Shown here: piece after piece, positions 37,554 through 46,274 of the stretch
Numbering within the stretch: position 1 is the first letter of the stretch
Layout: the number at the start of each line of letters is the position of its first letter
IMG/VR virus record: IMGVR_UViG_3300024054_000269
Coordinates: 96,001 to 160,000 of that record
Length of the DNA stretch: 64,000 nucleotides
Reading direction: 5' to 3' (one strand)
Origin: a virus
The notes under the pieces: generated by a model
Database searches by the model: none
Told to the model about the DNA's origin: nothing
Seen by the model: the letters and a program-made list of their open reading frames with translations, nothing else
Translations under genes and position numbers: made by a program

Positions 37554-38603
37554 TTACATTAAGTTAAATAATTTAATGTTTTTCTTCAACTTTTGTTTGG
37601 CAGAAACCTCTAATTGTCTTATTCGTTCTCTTGATAAAGACTTTTCGTCTCCTATTTCCTTAAGAGTTTTTTCTTGGTTTCCATCAAGACCAAATCTACA
37701 TCTAATTATGTATGCTTCGAATGGTGTAAGCTTGTTTAAAGCATTTCTTATTTCATCCTTTACCTTATCAACGTCAAGATCATCAAACGTGCTTGGATCA
37801 GATTCGTAAGTCAGGGTGTCTAACATTGTCAAATCATTATCATTTTTGACTTGTGCATTAAGACTAAACATTAAGTATTCTCTATAGCCATCAGTCCGTT
37901 TGACAATTTCATTTGGTATTCCAGTTTCGTATGATATTTCTTCGTCAGTTGGTTTTCTGCCAAGTTTTGTTGTTAATTTCAAACTAGCTCTATTCACTCT
38001 AGCAATATTATCAAACATATGAACCGGAAATCTGACCAACCTTGATTTGTCAGATAAATATCTTTTAACACCGTGTCTTATCCACCAAGTCGCATAAGTT
38101 GAAAATCTACATCCCATAGAAACATCGAATCTTTCGATAGCTCGCATAAGACCTAAATTACCTTCTTGTACCAAATCGGATTTATCACCAAAATGTTTTA
38201 TTTTTCTGACAATTGATATAACGAGCCTCAAATTTTGGTTAAAAAATTGTTTACGTTTATCAGCTATTATTTTAGCATCTCTTTTTAAAATCCTTTTCCA
38301 ATTTTTCTTACCATTCCAGTTTGGCAAATCAGAAAGATCAGCGTTTGTTAACTCAAACAACCAACACCTACCGCTATCAGTAAATCTAATCATTTTCTCC
38401 AAGTTTTCAAACTCAAAATCATCAATGCGTTCAGAAAGTTGTTTGGTGAATTTATTTTTCATCGGGCTAGAAAATATATGATTAATCAATGATTTTTCTA
38501 AATAATCAATTTCTGTTAATATTGTTTTTTCTTCTTCAGTTGATAACAACTTATGTTTTGATACATCAATGCAATAATAATCAAATGAATTTTTCTGTCT
38601 CAT
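37554..38603 (-). CDS. RpoD/RpoS-family sigma-70 factor
   Basis: NLRLVISI, DLVQEGNLGLMRAIERFD...FSTYATWWIR, TLKEIG...SRERIRQLE; ATG 38603 overlaps upstream stop. Confidence 0.92.
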   Translation of the reverse strand: MRQKNSFDYYCIDVSKHKLLSTEEEKTILTEIDYLEKSLINHIFSSPMKNKFTKQLSERIDDFEFENLEKMIRFTDSGRCWLFELTNADLSDLPNWNGKKNWKRILKRDAKIIADKRKQFFNQNLRLVISIVRKIKHFGDKSDLVQEGNLGLMRAIERFDVSMGCRFSTYATWWIRHGVKRYLSDKSRLVRFPVHMFDNIARVNRASLKLTTKLGRKPTDEEISYETGIPNEIVKRTDGYREYLMFSLNAQVKNDNDLTMLDTLTYESDPSTFDDLDVDKVKDEIRNALNKLTPFEAYIIRCRFGLDGNQEKTLKEIGDEKSLSRERIRQLEVSAKQKLKKNIKLFNLM

Positions 38604-38737
38604 TTGATTATTAACCAAATTACATAGAATGATATCAAAATCGATATTACAACTGAAGATGATAAATCTTTTTCAGTCTGTTTTTTGAGCGCTAAGTTTG
38701 CTTCAAACAAAGCCGATTGTTTTTTCTTGTCTAACAT
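38600..38737 (-). CDS. small membrane protein (below ORF-track cutoff)
   Basis: 45 aa MLDKKKQ...VVISILISFYVIWLIIK, ATGA-coupled to the sigma gene. Confidence 0.45.
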   Translation of the reverse strand: MLDKKKQSALFEANLALKKQTEKDLSSSVVISILISFYVIWLIIK

Positions 38738-38756
38738 AAGCTATATGTAAAATAAT

Positions 38757-39368
38757 TTACAAAATATTTATTAATTTTTGCTTCGATGACGACAAATCAT
38801 TAATGAAATCAATTTTAGCTTTTGGATTCCTTAATATGTAAGCTGGATGAAAAGTTGGCATTACTGGTATATTTGCGTACAATTGCAACTTACCACGCAG
38901 TGAAGTTATTCCGCCCGATATTCCAGTTAGACCTTGTACGGCAGTTGAACCTAAAGCAACTATAATTTTTGGTGACAACAATTCTATTTGTTGCTTTAAA
39001 TAAGGCATGCAGGACAAAATTTCGTCTATTTCAGGCTGTCTGTTATTAGGAGGTCTGCATTTAACGATATTTACTATCACAATCTCATCTTGATTAATAT
39101 TGCATTCTTGCAAAGACGCATCTAATAATTTTCCGGCACGACCAACAAATGGTTTCCCAACTGAATCTTCGTCAGCTCCGGGAGCTTCACCAACTAACAT
39201 AAATTTAGCATCAATTGATCCTCTATAAAATACAATTTTGTTTCTGTTTTTATGTAACTGACATTTTGTGCAATTTTTAACTGATTCTTCGATTTTCAAA
39301 AAATTAAATAATTTGTTTTCCACAAACGAATCTTCGAAAAAATCAATGTTTGTTTTAGATTCAATCAC
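38757..39368 (-). CDS. uracil-DNA glycosylase family 4
   Basis: CTKCQL...MLVGEAPGADED..G.PFVGRAG, NIVKCRPPNNR, TFHPAYILR. Confidence 0.92.
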   Translation of the reverse strand: MIESKTNIDFFEDSFVENKLFNFLKIEESVKNCTKCQLHKNRNKIVFYRGSIDAKFMLVGEAPGADEDSVGKPFVGRAGKLLDASLQECNINQDEIVIVNIVKCRPPNNRQPEIDEILSCMPYLKQQIELLSPKIIVALGSTAVQGLTGISGGITSLRGKLQLYANIPVMPTFHPAYILRNPKAKIDFINDLSSSKQKLINIL

Positions 39369-39376
39369 ATACGACT

Positions 39377-39829
39377 TTACAGTTGCTGTCTTTTCTGTAA
39401 GATGGAACCAACTAATTTAATAAAATCCACAAAATCTGGATTACACAAAGCAATCGGGCTTCTGTTTTCTCTGATAGTCAAAATAGCTTGTTCAGGTGTC
39501 ATATTTCTAAACAACATTATGGATAACGCAACAATCAACCCCGATCTGTTCAGGCCTTGATAACATGTGATTAAAACTCTTTTTCCGTCTTTGAGTTTAT
39601 TTACAATTCCAGACGCAAGTTTAATAGCTTTTCTCATTTGTTCTTTAGTAAGTAAGTTTAACCCATCATCATATAATTCTATTCTTTCAACTTCCAAACC
39701 TGGAAAATCCGTCGGTTGGTATTCAACAGCACACAAAACCAAACAGTCAAAATCAACACATAATTCATCACCCTCCGGAGGTGCGCTTCCCATCCAGAGG
39801 TTATCAATTATTCTATTTGCGCCCATCAA
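39377..39829 (-). CDS. dual-specificity protein phosphatase
   Basis: CX5R active site TCYQGLNRSG. Confidence 0.85.
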   Translation of the reverse strand: MMGANRIIDNLWMGSAPPEGDELCVDFDCLVLCAVEYQPTDFPGLEVERIELYDDGLNLLTKEQMRKAIKLASGIVNKLKDGKRVLITCYQGLNRSGLIVALSIMLFRNMTPEQAILTIRENRSPIALCNPDFVDFIKLVGSILQKRQQL

Positions 39830-39854
39830 GCAAACTGAATCAATTAAATTCTAA

Positions 39855-40550
39855 TTAGGCGGCCTTTTTAACATTTTTGGGGCGCATTTTCCTAATGTTC
39901 TTTCCACCAACAACCCGGAGCTTGCGCTTTGGGTTCTGTTTGTCCCATTGATTAAAAACCCTGGCTACAACATCGCCGTTATCAATGTCACCGAAAATTT
40001 CTTTTGCCTTTAATATAATTTCTTTGACATCATCAAATTGAGATTTTGTCATTAACACAGAAAAATGTTTGGTCTTTTTTCTGTTTCCAGTCAATTCAAT
40101 TTCAATTTCATCTTCAAGTTGACAACAGCTAAGCTGACCAGCTTTTTTCAACCAAGATTTCAAATTTTGCTTCGTGACTATTCTAGACAGAGCCCTCATC
40201 TTAGTGATTGGAAGCAAATCATCTGGGTTAAACGAACCTTTAAGACTCACGCCAAATACATCATATACATTTCTGTAACTGTTGGCGGTGTGTACATGCA
40301 TGTGAAGTTCACATTCAACGTAATTGAACCAACTGTCATGACCCCAAACTTTCCAAATCGGAATTGGTTTACCAGAAACCAAGACATCACTGTAATAAAT
40401 TTCATATAAAATTTTTCCGAGTTCAAATGACGCTCTGGCGTTGGAATTTGATAACTCTTTGGCTTTCTCTCGCAATGAATCAGCTTTACCGCGATCCAAT
40501 GTCCATTTTGTCCCTCTGTCGGTGTCTTTATCAAGATGCGTTTTAGCCAT
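39855..40550 (-). CDS. hypothetical, probable DNA-binding protein
   Basis: ELGKILYEI...W..WG..SW..YVE.EL pattern (DUF3102-like). Confidence 0.45.
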   Translation of the reverse strand: MAKTHLDKDTDRGTKWTLDRGKADSLREKAKELSNSNARASFELGKILYEIYYSDVLVSGKPIPIWKVWGHDSWFNYVECELHMHVHTANSYRNVYDVFGVSLKGSFNPDDLLPITKMRALSRIVTKQNLKSWLKKAGQLSCCQLEDEIEIELTGNRKKTKHFSVLMTKSQFDDVKEIILKAKEIFGDIDNGDVVARVFNQWDKQNPKRKLRVVGGKNIRKMRPKNVKKAA

Positions 40551-40574
40551 GACAAACCGTACATTTAAGTTTTT

Positions 40575-40877
40575 GTGTTTGTTTTATTTGTGATAAAAAT
40601 TGCTTTAAAACTAGCATCAATATTTGAGTATGGAGTTATCTCGGCTTTTGTAGAAGGTGGTGATAACAACCTCCAAAGACACGATTTTTTGTGTAACGAA
40701 TTAAAAGATCTTGGATACTCGCCAGTAAATATTACAGGTGAATGGGAAGGGCACAAAGAGCTGTCTGTTCTGGTGCCAAATATAAGTATGAATGACCTAA
40801 TAACTTTAGGTAAAAAGTATAATCAAGATGCAGTTGTTTATAGCTGCGAAAATAAACCGCAGATTATCAACCTCTGA
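40575..40877 (+). CDS. DUF3293 / SAM-lyase-like protein
   Basis: GVISAF...N..R...L..EL...GY....GEWEG.KE.S.LV...LGKKYNQDAV. Confidence 0.55.
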   Translation: MFVLFVIKIALKLASIFEYGVISAFVEGGDNNLQRHDFLCNELKDLGYSPVNITGEWEGHKELSVLVPNISMNDLITLGKKYNQDAVVYSCENKPQIINL

Positions 40878-41151
40878 GCTTCACAGCTTTTTTGCGTCCA
40901 CCACCAAAAACAGACGTTTTTTGTTCTTGACGAACTCTTTTCAATTGTTCTAATTCAGCTTGGCACGATGCCAAGATTGCATTTGTTCTGTGCAGTTGTT
41001 CTGATACTTTCATGACAGTTAAACCATCAAGATTTCTTTTGTTCTTTTTAAGAGATTTCAAATATGACTTGACTGTAACAATCAACCCATTTGTTAAATC
41101 AATAAATTCGGCATCAACTATCGGATTTCCTCTTACGACTGATCTAGGCAT
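40867..41151 (-). CDS. hypothetical protein
   Basis: 94 aa ORF. Confidence 0.45.
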   Translation of the reverse strand: MPRSVVRGNPIVDAEFIDLTNGLIVTVKSYLKSLKKNKRNLDGLTVMKVSEQLHRTNAILASCQAELEQLKRVRQEQKTSVFGGGRKKAVKLRG

Positions 41152-41602
41152 TTTGTTTTTCCTCGCTTTGTCTTTCCTCGTTGAATTTTGAACGGACTTC
41201 CATCAAAATCTTACCAAGCATGTTTTTCCCGCTTCCATCGCCACCATCACCCCAATAAGAATCATTTGAAGTATGTTCTACCAACGTTTCTTCACCAGTC
41301 TCAAGCAATTGCTGTTTCAAACTTTCATTTTGAGCAAACTTTTCATACACGATTTTCTTCATAATTTCATTTCGAATACGATCCCAACCAATTTGTGGTT
41401 TAAATTTCCAGGCCAATTTTTTTGCTTCGCCCGGAGTTTTAGTGTTTCTAATTAATTCTTCTTTATCTGTGCCATCGAACTTTTTTGCCTGAAACGCATG
41501 TTCTGAAGTCAGGTAAATTTTGCCATCAAATTCAAATTTGGCCGGGTAGAAATTTGACAAGAATCCGTATTCTGACCGAGTTCCATAAAATTTAATGGCC
41601 AT
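41144..41602 (-). CDS. NADAR (YbiA-like) family protein
   Basis: FLSNFY, TSEHAFQAKKF, KFAQN..L...LL.TG..LVE...D.YWG.G..G.G.N.LG..LM.VR. Confidence 0.92.
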   Translation of the reverse strand: MAIKFYGTRSEYGFLSNFYPAKFEFDGKIYLTSEHAFQAKKFDGTDKEELIRNTKTPGEAKKLAWKFKPQIGWDRIRNEIMKKIVYEKFAQNESLKQQLLETGEETLVEHTSNDSYWGDGGDGSGKNMLGKILMEVRSKFNEERQSEEKQNA

Positions 41603-41620
41603 TTGTTTACTAGTGCAAAT

Positions 41621-41914
41621 TTACATCTCCCAAGAAAGTCCGGATATGATCTCATCACAATCCGGGGTATTTTTTAAAGCATCGATATTAGACATAGAAC
41701 CAAATTCATCCTTTGGTATGTATTCACCAGGTTTTAATTCAACATTGTCTACAGTAAATTGACAATACGCACAAATTGCTAAGTATTTATTGTCATTATA
41801 CCGTTTGAATCTCCACGCATGAGACATATTAAACACCAAATATGAATGCGGGACCTTACCGGTCCCGCAGCTTCTACTTACCACATTTTCACTCAATAAT
41901 ATTTTACCATCCAA
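41621..41914 (-). CDS. small CxxC protein
   Basis: CAYC; true start may be internal MSHAWRF; ends PDCDEIISGLSWEM. Confidence 0.45.
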   Translation of the reverse strand: MDGKILLSENVVSRSCGTGKVPHSYLVFNMSHAWRFKRYNDNKYLAICAYCQFTVDNVELKPGEYIPKDEFGSMSNIDALKNTPDCDEIISGLSWEM

Positions 41915-42100
41915 CTTCAGAAACGGCTAGTTGTGGCATCGACCGTTCACGAAGCAGGACTACTTTCCTATCATCCAGATCTTATCTTTTTGTCCATTTT
42001 ATCCATTTTATCCCTGATCTTTCACTATATACCTAGTTGATGGTTAATTTCAGGATCTCCCATCACTCACGGCCATCGGCCGAATCATAATGATGTTTAT

Positions 42101-42427
42101 TTACGACATCATCACATCATATGCCTCCTTATGTTCTATTTTCTTCATCATTACTATGGCAGTCCTTCTCATTGAAGGTGATTTTTTTGACGAAAATCCA
42201 GCCTTGAATTTAAACACACCATCATCTGATCTGCAACTTACGCCAGATCCACCTTGATTTTCAAGTATACTGAGTATGTAAGTAGTTGATCCGTGCATGA
42301 ATTTTACAATAAAATTTTGTTTATTGAAAGACATCTTCGATTCTTCAGATAAAATCGTTATGCTAAAGCGCGGCCTTTTCAAAACCGAAACAAATACGTC
42401 GTAAGTTTGTTTCGTCCACGCATCCAC
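42101..42427 (-). CDS. small protein with shared C-terminal motif
   Basis: Ends KIEHKEAYDVMMS; TGTAAA box 7 nt upstream. Confidence 0.6.
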   Translation of the reverse strand: MDAWTKQTYDVFVSVLKRPRFSITILSEESKMSFNKQNFIVKFMHGSTTYILSILENQGGSGVSCRSDDGVFKFKAGFSSKKSPSMRRTAIVMMKKIEHKEAYDVMMS

Positions 42428-42545
42428 ACGATATTTTACAATAGTTTAATTGGATTTACGCCATGGTGTGAAAATCATAATAACAATTAACATCTGAACA
42501 AATTACTCTAGCACCAGCTGGTGTTGGGGATGGCATAGGTCATTT

Positions 42546-42698
42546 GTGAAATCAAATGGGGTAGCCAGGCCGGCTTTGTATGTTGATTCAGAAAATAGAG
42601 ATGATAGTGTTGGGGGGGGGCTATCACCAGCTCCAATCCAAACTCTTGCTGAATTAGAAAGTAGGTTTGGTGTAGGAACACCAAAGTTAACGTTTTAA
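42546..42698 (+). pseudogene. short ORF or relic resembling a tail-spike N-terminal cap
   Basis: LYVDSENRDDSVGGGLSPAPIQTLAELESRFG resembles YVD..G.D...G.....P..T..E caps; flanking frames broken; contains G9 run. Confidence 0.3.
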
Positions 42699-42739
42699 AC
42701 GTCTACGGACTTAAACACCAAAGACCAGAGCGAACACCA

Positions 42740-42931
42740 TTAATATTCATAATTAATCGTCCAACAATACTTTTTGAGTTCGCTGTGCTTCATTTTGTTT
42801 TTCTTTGAAACACCATTTACTTTCCACGGTTTGCACATAAGGCACCCAGAACGTCTGTTTTTTGGACGGCGACGTTTATGATTAGACATGTTGTACGCAG
42901 TATCCTTTCCATTCTTCTGGAATGCTGTCAA
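42740..42931 (-). CDS. small basic protein
   Basis: MSNHKRRRPKNRRSGCLMCKPWK; likely start at internal Met. Confidence 0.55.
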   Translation of the reverse strand: MTAFQKNGKDTAYNMSNHKRRRPKNRRSGCLMCKPWKVNGVSKKNKMKHSELKKYCWTINYEY

Positions 42932-43397
42932 TAAGGAAATATGGCTCAGCTATCGGAAGTGACTTCGGTTTAACTGGCCAATTTATAGGAAACATCCCAG
43001 ATTGGTCAGGGTTCATGTTGGCTTTCAATCTGTTGCATGGATAGCAAGCTGCAACTATGTTTTCCCAATTTCTCTTGCCACCATTAGATTTTGGGATAAC
43101 ATGATCCAAAGTTAGATGTTTTGAATGGAATTTAACACCACAGTATTGACAGGTGTATTTGTCCCTAGCATATACGCCTTCTCTGCTAAATTTAACACTA
43201 CGTCTGTTATAACGCATTTCTTTACGCATTCTAATAACCGCTGGCATTTTCCATACAATTGACGGAGATCTAACTTCTTCTTTATACTCAGCAATTGTAT
43301 CGACCTTTCCGAGGTACTTGAGCCTTATAGCAGCTTCCCACGGAATGATTCTGGTCGGTAAATACCAGCTATTCAAAAGCAAAGTTCTAGTGTGCAT
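42882..43397 (-). CDS. HNH endonuclease (McrA-like)
   Basis: RD.YTCQYCG...LTLDHVIPKS.GG...WENIV.AC..CN..K. Confidence 0.9.
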   Translation of the reverse strand: MHTRTLLLNSWYLPTRIIPWEAAIRLKYLGKVDTIAEYKEEVRSPSIVWKMPAVIRMRKEMRYNRRSVKFSREGVYARDKYTCQYCGVKFHSKHLTLDHVIPKSNGGKRNWENIVAACYPCNRLKANMNPDQSGMFPINWPVKPKSLPIAEPYFLIDSIPEEWKGYCVQHV

Positions 43398-43437
43398 GCT
43401 AACCTATTTGTATTCTTTATTGTTCACGATTTACTCC

Positions 43438-43824
43438 TCACGCGAAAAATGTATCATATATTGACGCCCAATTCTCTAACAATTCTTTGTCTGCGCCAGA
43501 AATTTCTCGCGCAAATGTTCTCATTAAGTCTGAGCTGCCATGTTTTATCACAATTTCTGTCAATTTCTTAACATTTGCGCCTGGAACATTTTTAGCAAAA
43601 TGATATGCACATTCAGCACTGCCGCTTTTCAAAACCAAAGTTTGAAGTTTTTTAATGTTTATGTCACGACTACGCCATTTGGTTGCAAATACAGCGGCAG
43701 CCCACCCCAATTCCCTGAAACCAGGATTTGTAACCCAGCTATCTGGCCCCGGCCCGCCGTTTAATATCTGGCGATACCAATTCCAAGTTCTTCTGGTTAA
43801 TTTAGGTTTTTTCTTTTTCGACAT
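43438..43824 (-). CDS. hypothetical protein with helical repeats
   Basis: AYHFAKNVPGANVKKL...FAREISGADKELL repeat pair. Confidence 0.6.
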   Translation of the reverse strand: MSKKKKPKLTRRTWNWYRQILNGGPGPDSWVTNPGFRELGWAAAVFATKWRSRDINIKKLQTLVLKSGSAECAYHFAKNVPGANVKKLTEIVIKHGSSDLMRTFAREISGADKELLENWASIYDTFFA

Positions 43825-43838
43825 TGGGCGCCTCTTCA

Positions 43839-43920
43839 GTTGAGGCCCCCGATGTGTGATGAGCCTAGTCAGCTATCCAGTATCACACGCGGGGGCAAGA
43901 CTTGTGGTTTGCCACTCAAC
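43839..43920 (-). promoter_or_regulatory. GC-rich structured leader (candidate cis-regulatory RNA)
   Basis: Nested stems GTTGAG/CTCAAC, GCCCCCG/CGGGGGC, GTGTGAT/ATCACAC, GGCAA/TTGCC. Confidence 0.5.
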
Positions 43921-43986
43921 GCGTGTATTCATGCTGAACATTGGTTCTCATCTCCTAACAAAATTTTACACCAACAATTAGTCTAT

Positions 43987-44322
43987 TTACAAGGCTTTAT
44001 TCCCGTGACGCCATGGTCGGTTTCTGTTGAATTCCATTTTCTCGGCTAGTGCTGATCCTAAATCTATATTATAAACACCGCACATGTCGAATATTCTAAT
44101 TAAAACATCGGCTAATTCACTAGCAACCCCTTCTGGTTTACCATCTTCACGTTTCCAATTTTTGTTAACATCATTAGTGTCACGAAAAGCTTCCAACGCT
44201 TCAGATAATTCAGAATGAACTAATGCTATTCTGTCACCAAATGTTGAATTAAGGTCGTGCCACCCTTTAGAATGTGCGGTTTCAAATGATTCTTTTATTA
44301 GTTGTTCTATAGTCAAACTCAT
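43987..44322 (-). CDS. MazG-like nucleotide pyrophosphohydrolase
   Basis: IALVHSELSEALEA.R...ELADVLIRIFD..G...IDL..A..EKM..N..RP..HG. Confidence 0.85.
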   Translation of the reverse strand: MSLTIEQLIKESFETAHSKGWHDLNSTFGDRIALVHSELSEALEAFRDTNDVNKNWKREDGKPEGVASELADVLIRIFDMCGVYNIDLGSALAEKMEFNRNRPWRHGNKAL

Positions 44323-44678
44323 TTCTTTTCTCCATTTGTGAATTTCCTTATCAGATCATTCACGCTGGTCTCATTGACAGGTTTAATAATCCAGCGTCCA
44401 AACATCATTGAAAGAAATACTTGATTTTCTCTCGATGTTGAACCTTTTGATATAAATAGAACATTTTTTTCATACGTTGGAAATTTTTTCTTAATTTCAA
44501 AATACAACCTTTGATTTGTGTCTATGTCGATTATGACAGCGCCATATTTATGTTTTTTAACTAATGGTAGCGCTTCATTTAAATTTCTAGCCGTATCAAT
44601 TTTACTATATTTCTTTTTCAGAATTGTTATCAACACGTCTCTAGCGCTTGAGTCACTATCAACAATTAAAATATCCAT
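44319..44678 (-). CDS. single-domain response regulator receiver
   Basis: ILIVDSD...AVIIDID...FISK...IIKPV. Confidence 0.7.
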   Translation of the reverse strand: MDILIVDSDSSARDVLITILKKKYSKIDTARNLNEALPLVKKHKYGAVIIDIDTNQRLYFEIKKKFPTYEKNVLFISKGSTSRENQVFLSMMFGRWIIKPVNETSVNDLIRKFTNGEKK

Positions 44679-45667
44679 TATTCAATTTCCCAAGGTGGTG
44701 GTCCATCCCAACCTAAACCGACTTCCCAAATCTCGTTTACTGGTTCATAATTGCTAACAGAAGTGATTTTATTATTTTTACCATCAGCCCATTTTTGGGT
44801 GAAAATTGACGTTACGATTAGCCCATCTGAGCCTGATTGAATTTTCTTTTTATATTTACCGAGAAATTTGCCGGTCTTTCTATAAGTTTTTACATACAAA
44901 CCATTAGTTGACATTCCAAACATGTATGAAACAGTTGGATGATTGCCAGACCCAAAAACTGATATTTTTAGAATTGCTTCTTCATCATCAGACAAATATG
45001 ACTTAATGGTGACAGGAAAATCATATTGATTTTTTATTTTTAGATCAACTGCTTGGCAATTTTTATCTTCATGCCCATTACATTCTTTTGGAAAATTAAC
45101 TGTGGCATCAAGGCCCTTTTCTATATATTTAGATGGCCTTGAATGCGATCTTCTCTCAACTATTTCAAGACCAGCAAATCTTGATACAGCGTATAAAGTT
45201 GATGAAACCTGACAAACACCTCCACCAATTCCAGACGTCATTTCACCAAGGAAAATTAATGGGGCTTCCAGGTAGCCGTTTTCTGTCGTTCTTGGTCCAA
45301 CATATTTATTGAAACTAAATATTTCATTGGGTTTTATAGTAATGTCTATATTTGTTCTCTTAACATTCAAGTATCTGTTTTTTTCTTTCCCAAAACTTTT
45401 AAGCTTAGTTGAGTAAGTCGAAATAACCTTGTCTTGGTCTTCTCTTGGTTTCTCTTGCCTTTTTTGTTCGGTTTTACCACCTGAATCACCTATTGATGAA
45501 GAAATTGAAGGAGAGTCAAAAGAGATGGCTTTATCATGTGTCGTACATGATACTACATATACAACAATAGGTAACCCTTGAGGAATCATGTTTAAGAATT
45601 TAGTCATAGAAATTACCGCGAATGGTACACTACGTGTGTTAGTTGATGGGTTGTATATTGGATTCAT
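44678..45667 (-). CDS. VanW-family protein
   Basis: FSFNKYVGPRT.ENGY..AP.I..GE...GIGGGVCQVSSTLY...R.SHS..Y...G.DATV...DLKIKN. Confidence 0.88.
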   Translation of the reverse strand: MNPIYNPSTNTRSVPFAVISMTKFLNMIPQGLPIVVYVVSCTTHDKAISFDSPSISSSIGDSGGKTEQKRQEKPREDQDKVISTYSTKLKSFGKEKNRYLNVKRTNIDITIKPNEIFSFNKYVGPRTTENGYLEAPLIFLGEMTSGIGGGVCQVSSTLYAVSRFAGLEIVERRSHSRPSKYIEKGLDATVNFPKECNGHEDKNCQAVDLKIKNQYDFPVTIKSYLSDDEEAILKISVFGSGNHPTVSYMFGMSTNGLYVKTYRKTGKFLGKYKKKIQSGSDGLIVTSIFTQKWADGKNNKITSVSNYEPVNEIWEVGLGWDGPPPWEIE

Positions 45668-45863
45668 AGATGAATTGAAATTAACATCATCAAATGATAA
45701 GAAACCATCAATCGAAATATCAATGGTGAGCCAAAATAAACTTCCAAATGAATCGCTTCATGTATTGCACAAAAATCGAGAAATTTTGCAGTCATGTGAA
45801 TTTATAAAATTGTTTGATCAAGCTGATACGTTACCGCAAGGCATGCAAACAGTTAATGATTGA
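45588..45863 (+). CDS. hypothetical protein
   Basis: 91 aa divergent from vanW. Confidence 0.45.
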   Translation: MFKNLVIEITANGTLRVLVDGLYIGFIDELKLTSSNDKKPSIEISMVSQNKLPNESLHVLHKNREILQSCEFIKLFDQADTLPQGMQTVND

Positions 45864-45884
45864 AGTTGTTATTAATCGTCTGAG

Positions 45885-46274
45885 TTGATAATGGATTTTA
45901 ACATATATCATAATATCGCGAATAGAATTGCAGGCGGCCCCAACTTTGTAGCCACTGGAAAAGCCATATCAAGCAATTCTTCCACAAACATGGCAAGAGT
46001 AAGTGATGGATACATGAGTACAGCTCTTAAAGAGGGTGAAGATCCGAGTTGGCCAAGAGTTAAAACACTATATATGTCTAAATTAAAGCCGCTGTTCAGA
46101 CATCTTGAAGAATCAATACGAAACGAAAGTATGATTGAAACTCAAGCAACTATAAAGGGAATTGTTGAGAATTTTGCTTTAATGTTTAAATCAATGGATA
46201 AACCAACAATTAAAAGAAAAACTGAAATGTTTGTAGATCGTATACTTTCAGAGAAAAACATTAACCTTCGATGA
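45885..46274 (+). CDS. protein with N-terminal IANRIAG motif
   Basis: MDFNIYHNIANRIAG. Confidence 0.55.
   Translation: MIMDFNIYHNIANRIAGGPNFVATGKAISSNSSTNMARVSDGYMSTALKEGEDPSWPRVKTLYMSKLKPLFRHLEESIRNESMIETQATIKGIVENFALMFKSMDKPTIKRKTEMFVDRILSEKNINLR

Noticed and set aside
43893-43914. c-di-GMP-I riboswitch (GGCAAACC on minus strand)
   Set aside because: Lacks the GNRA tetraloop and the downstream GCAAAGC/tetraloop-receptor elements.
41830-43970. tRNA genes in GC-rich intergenic stretches
   Set aside because: No cloverleaf with T-loop GTTCRA or D-loop signatures recognised; kept only as candidate structured RNAs.
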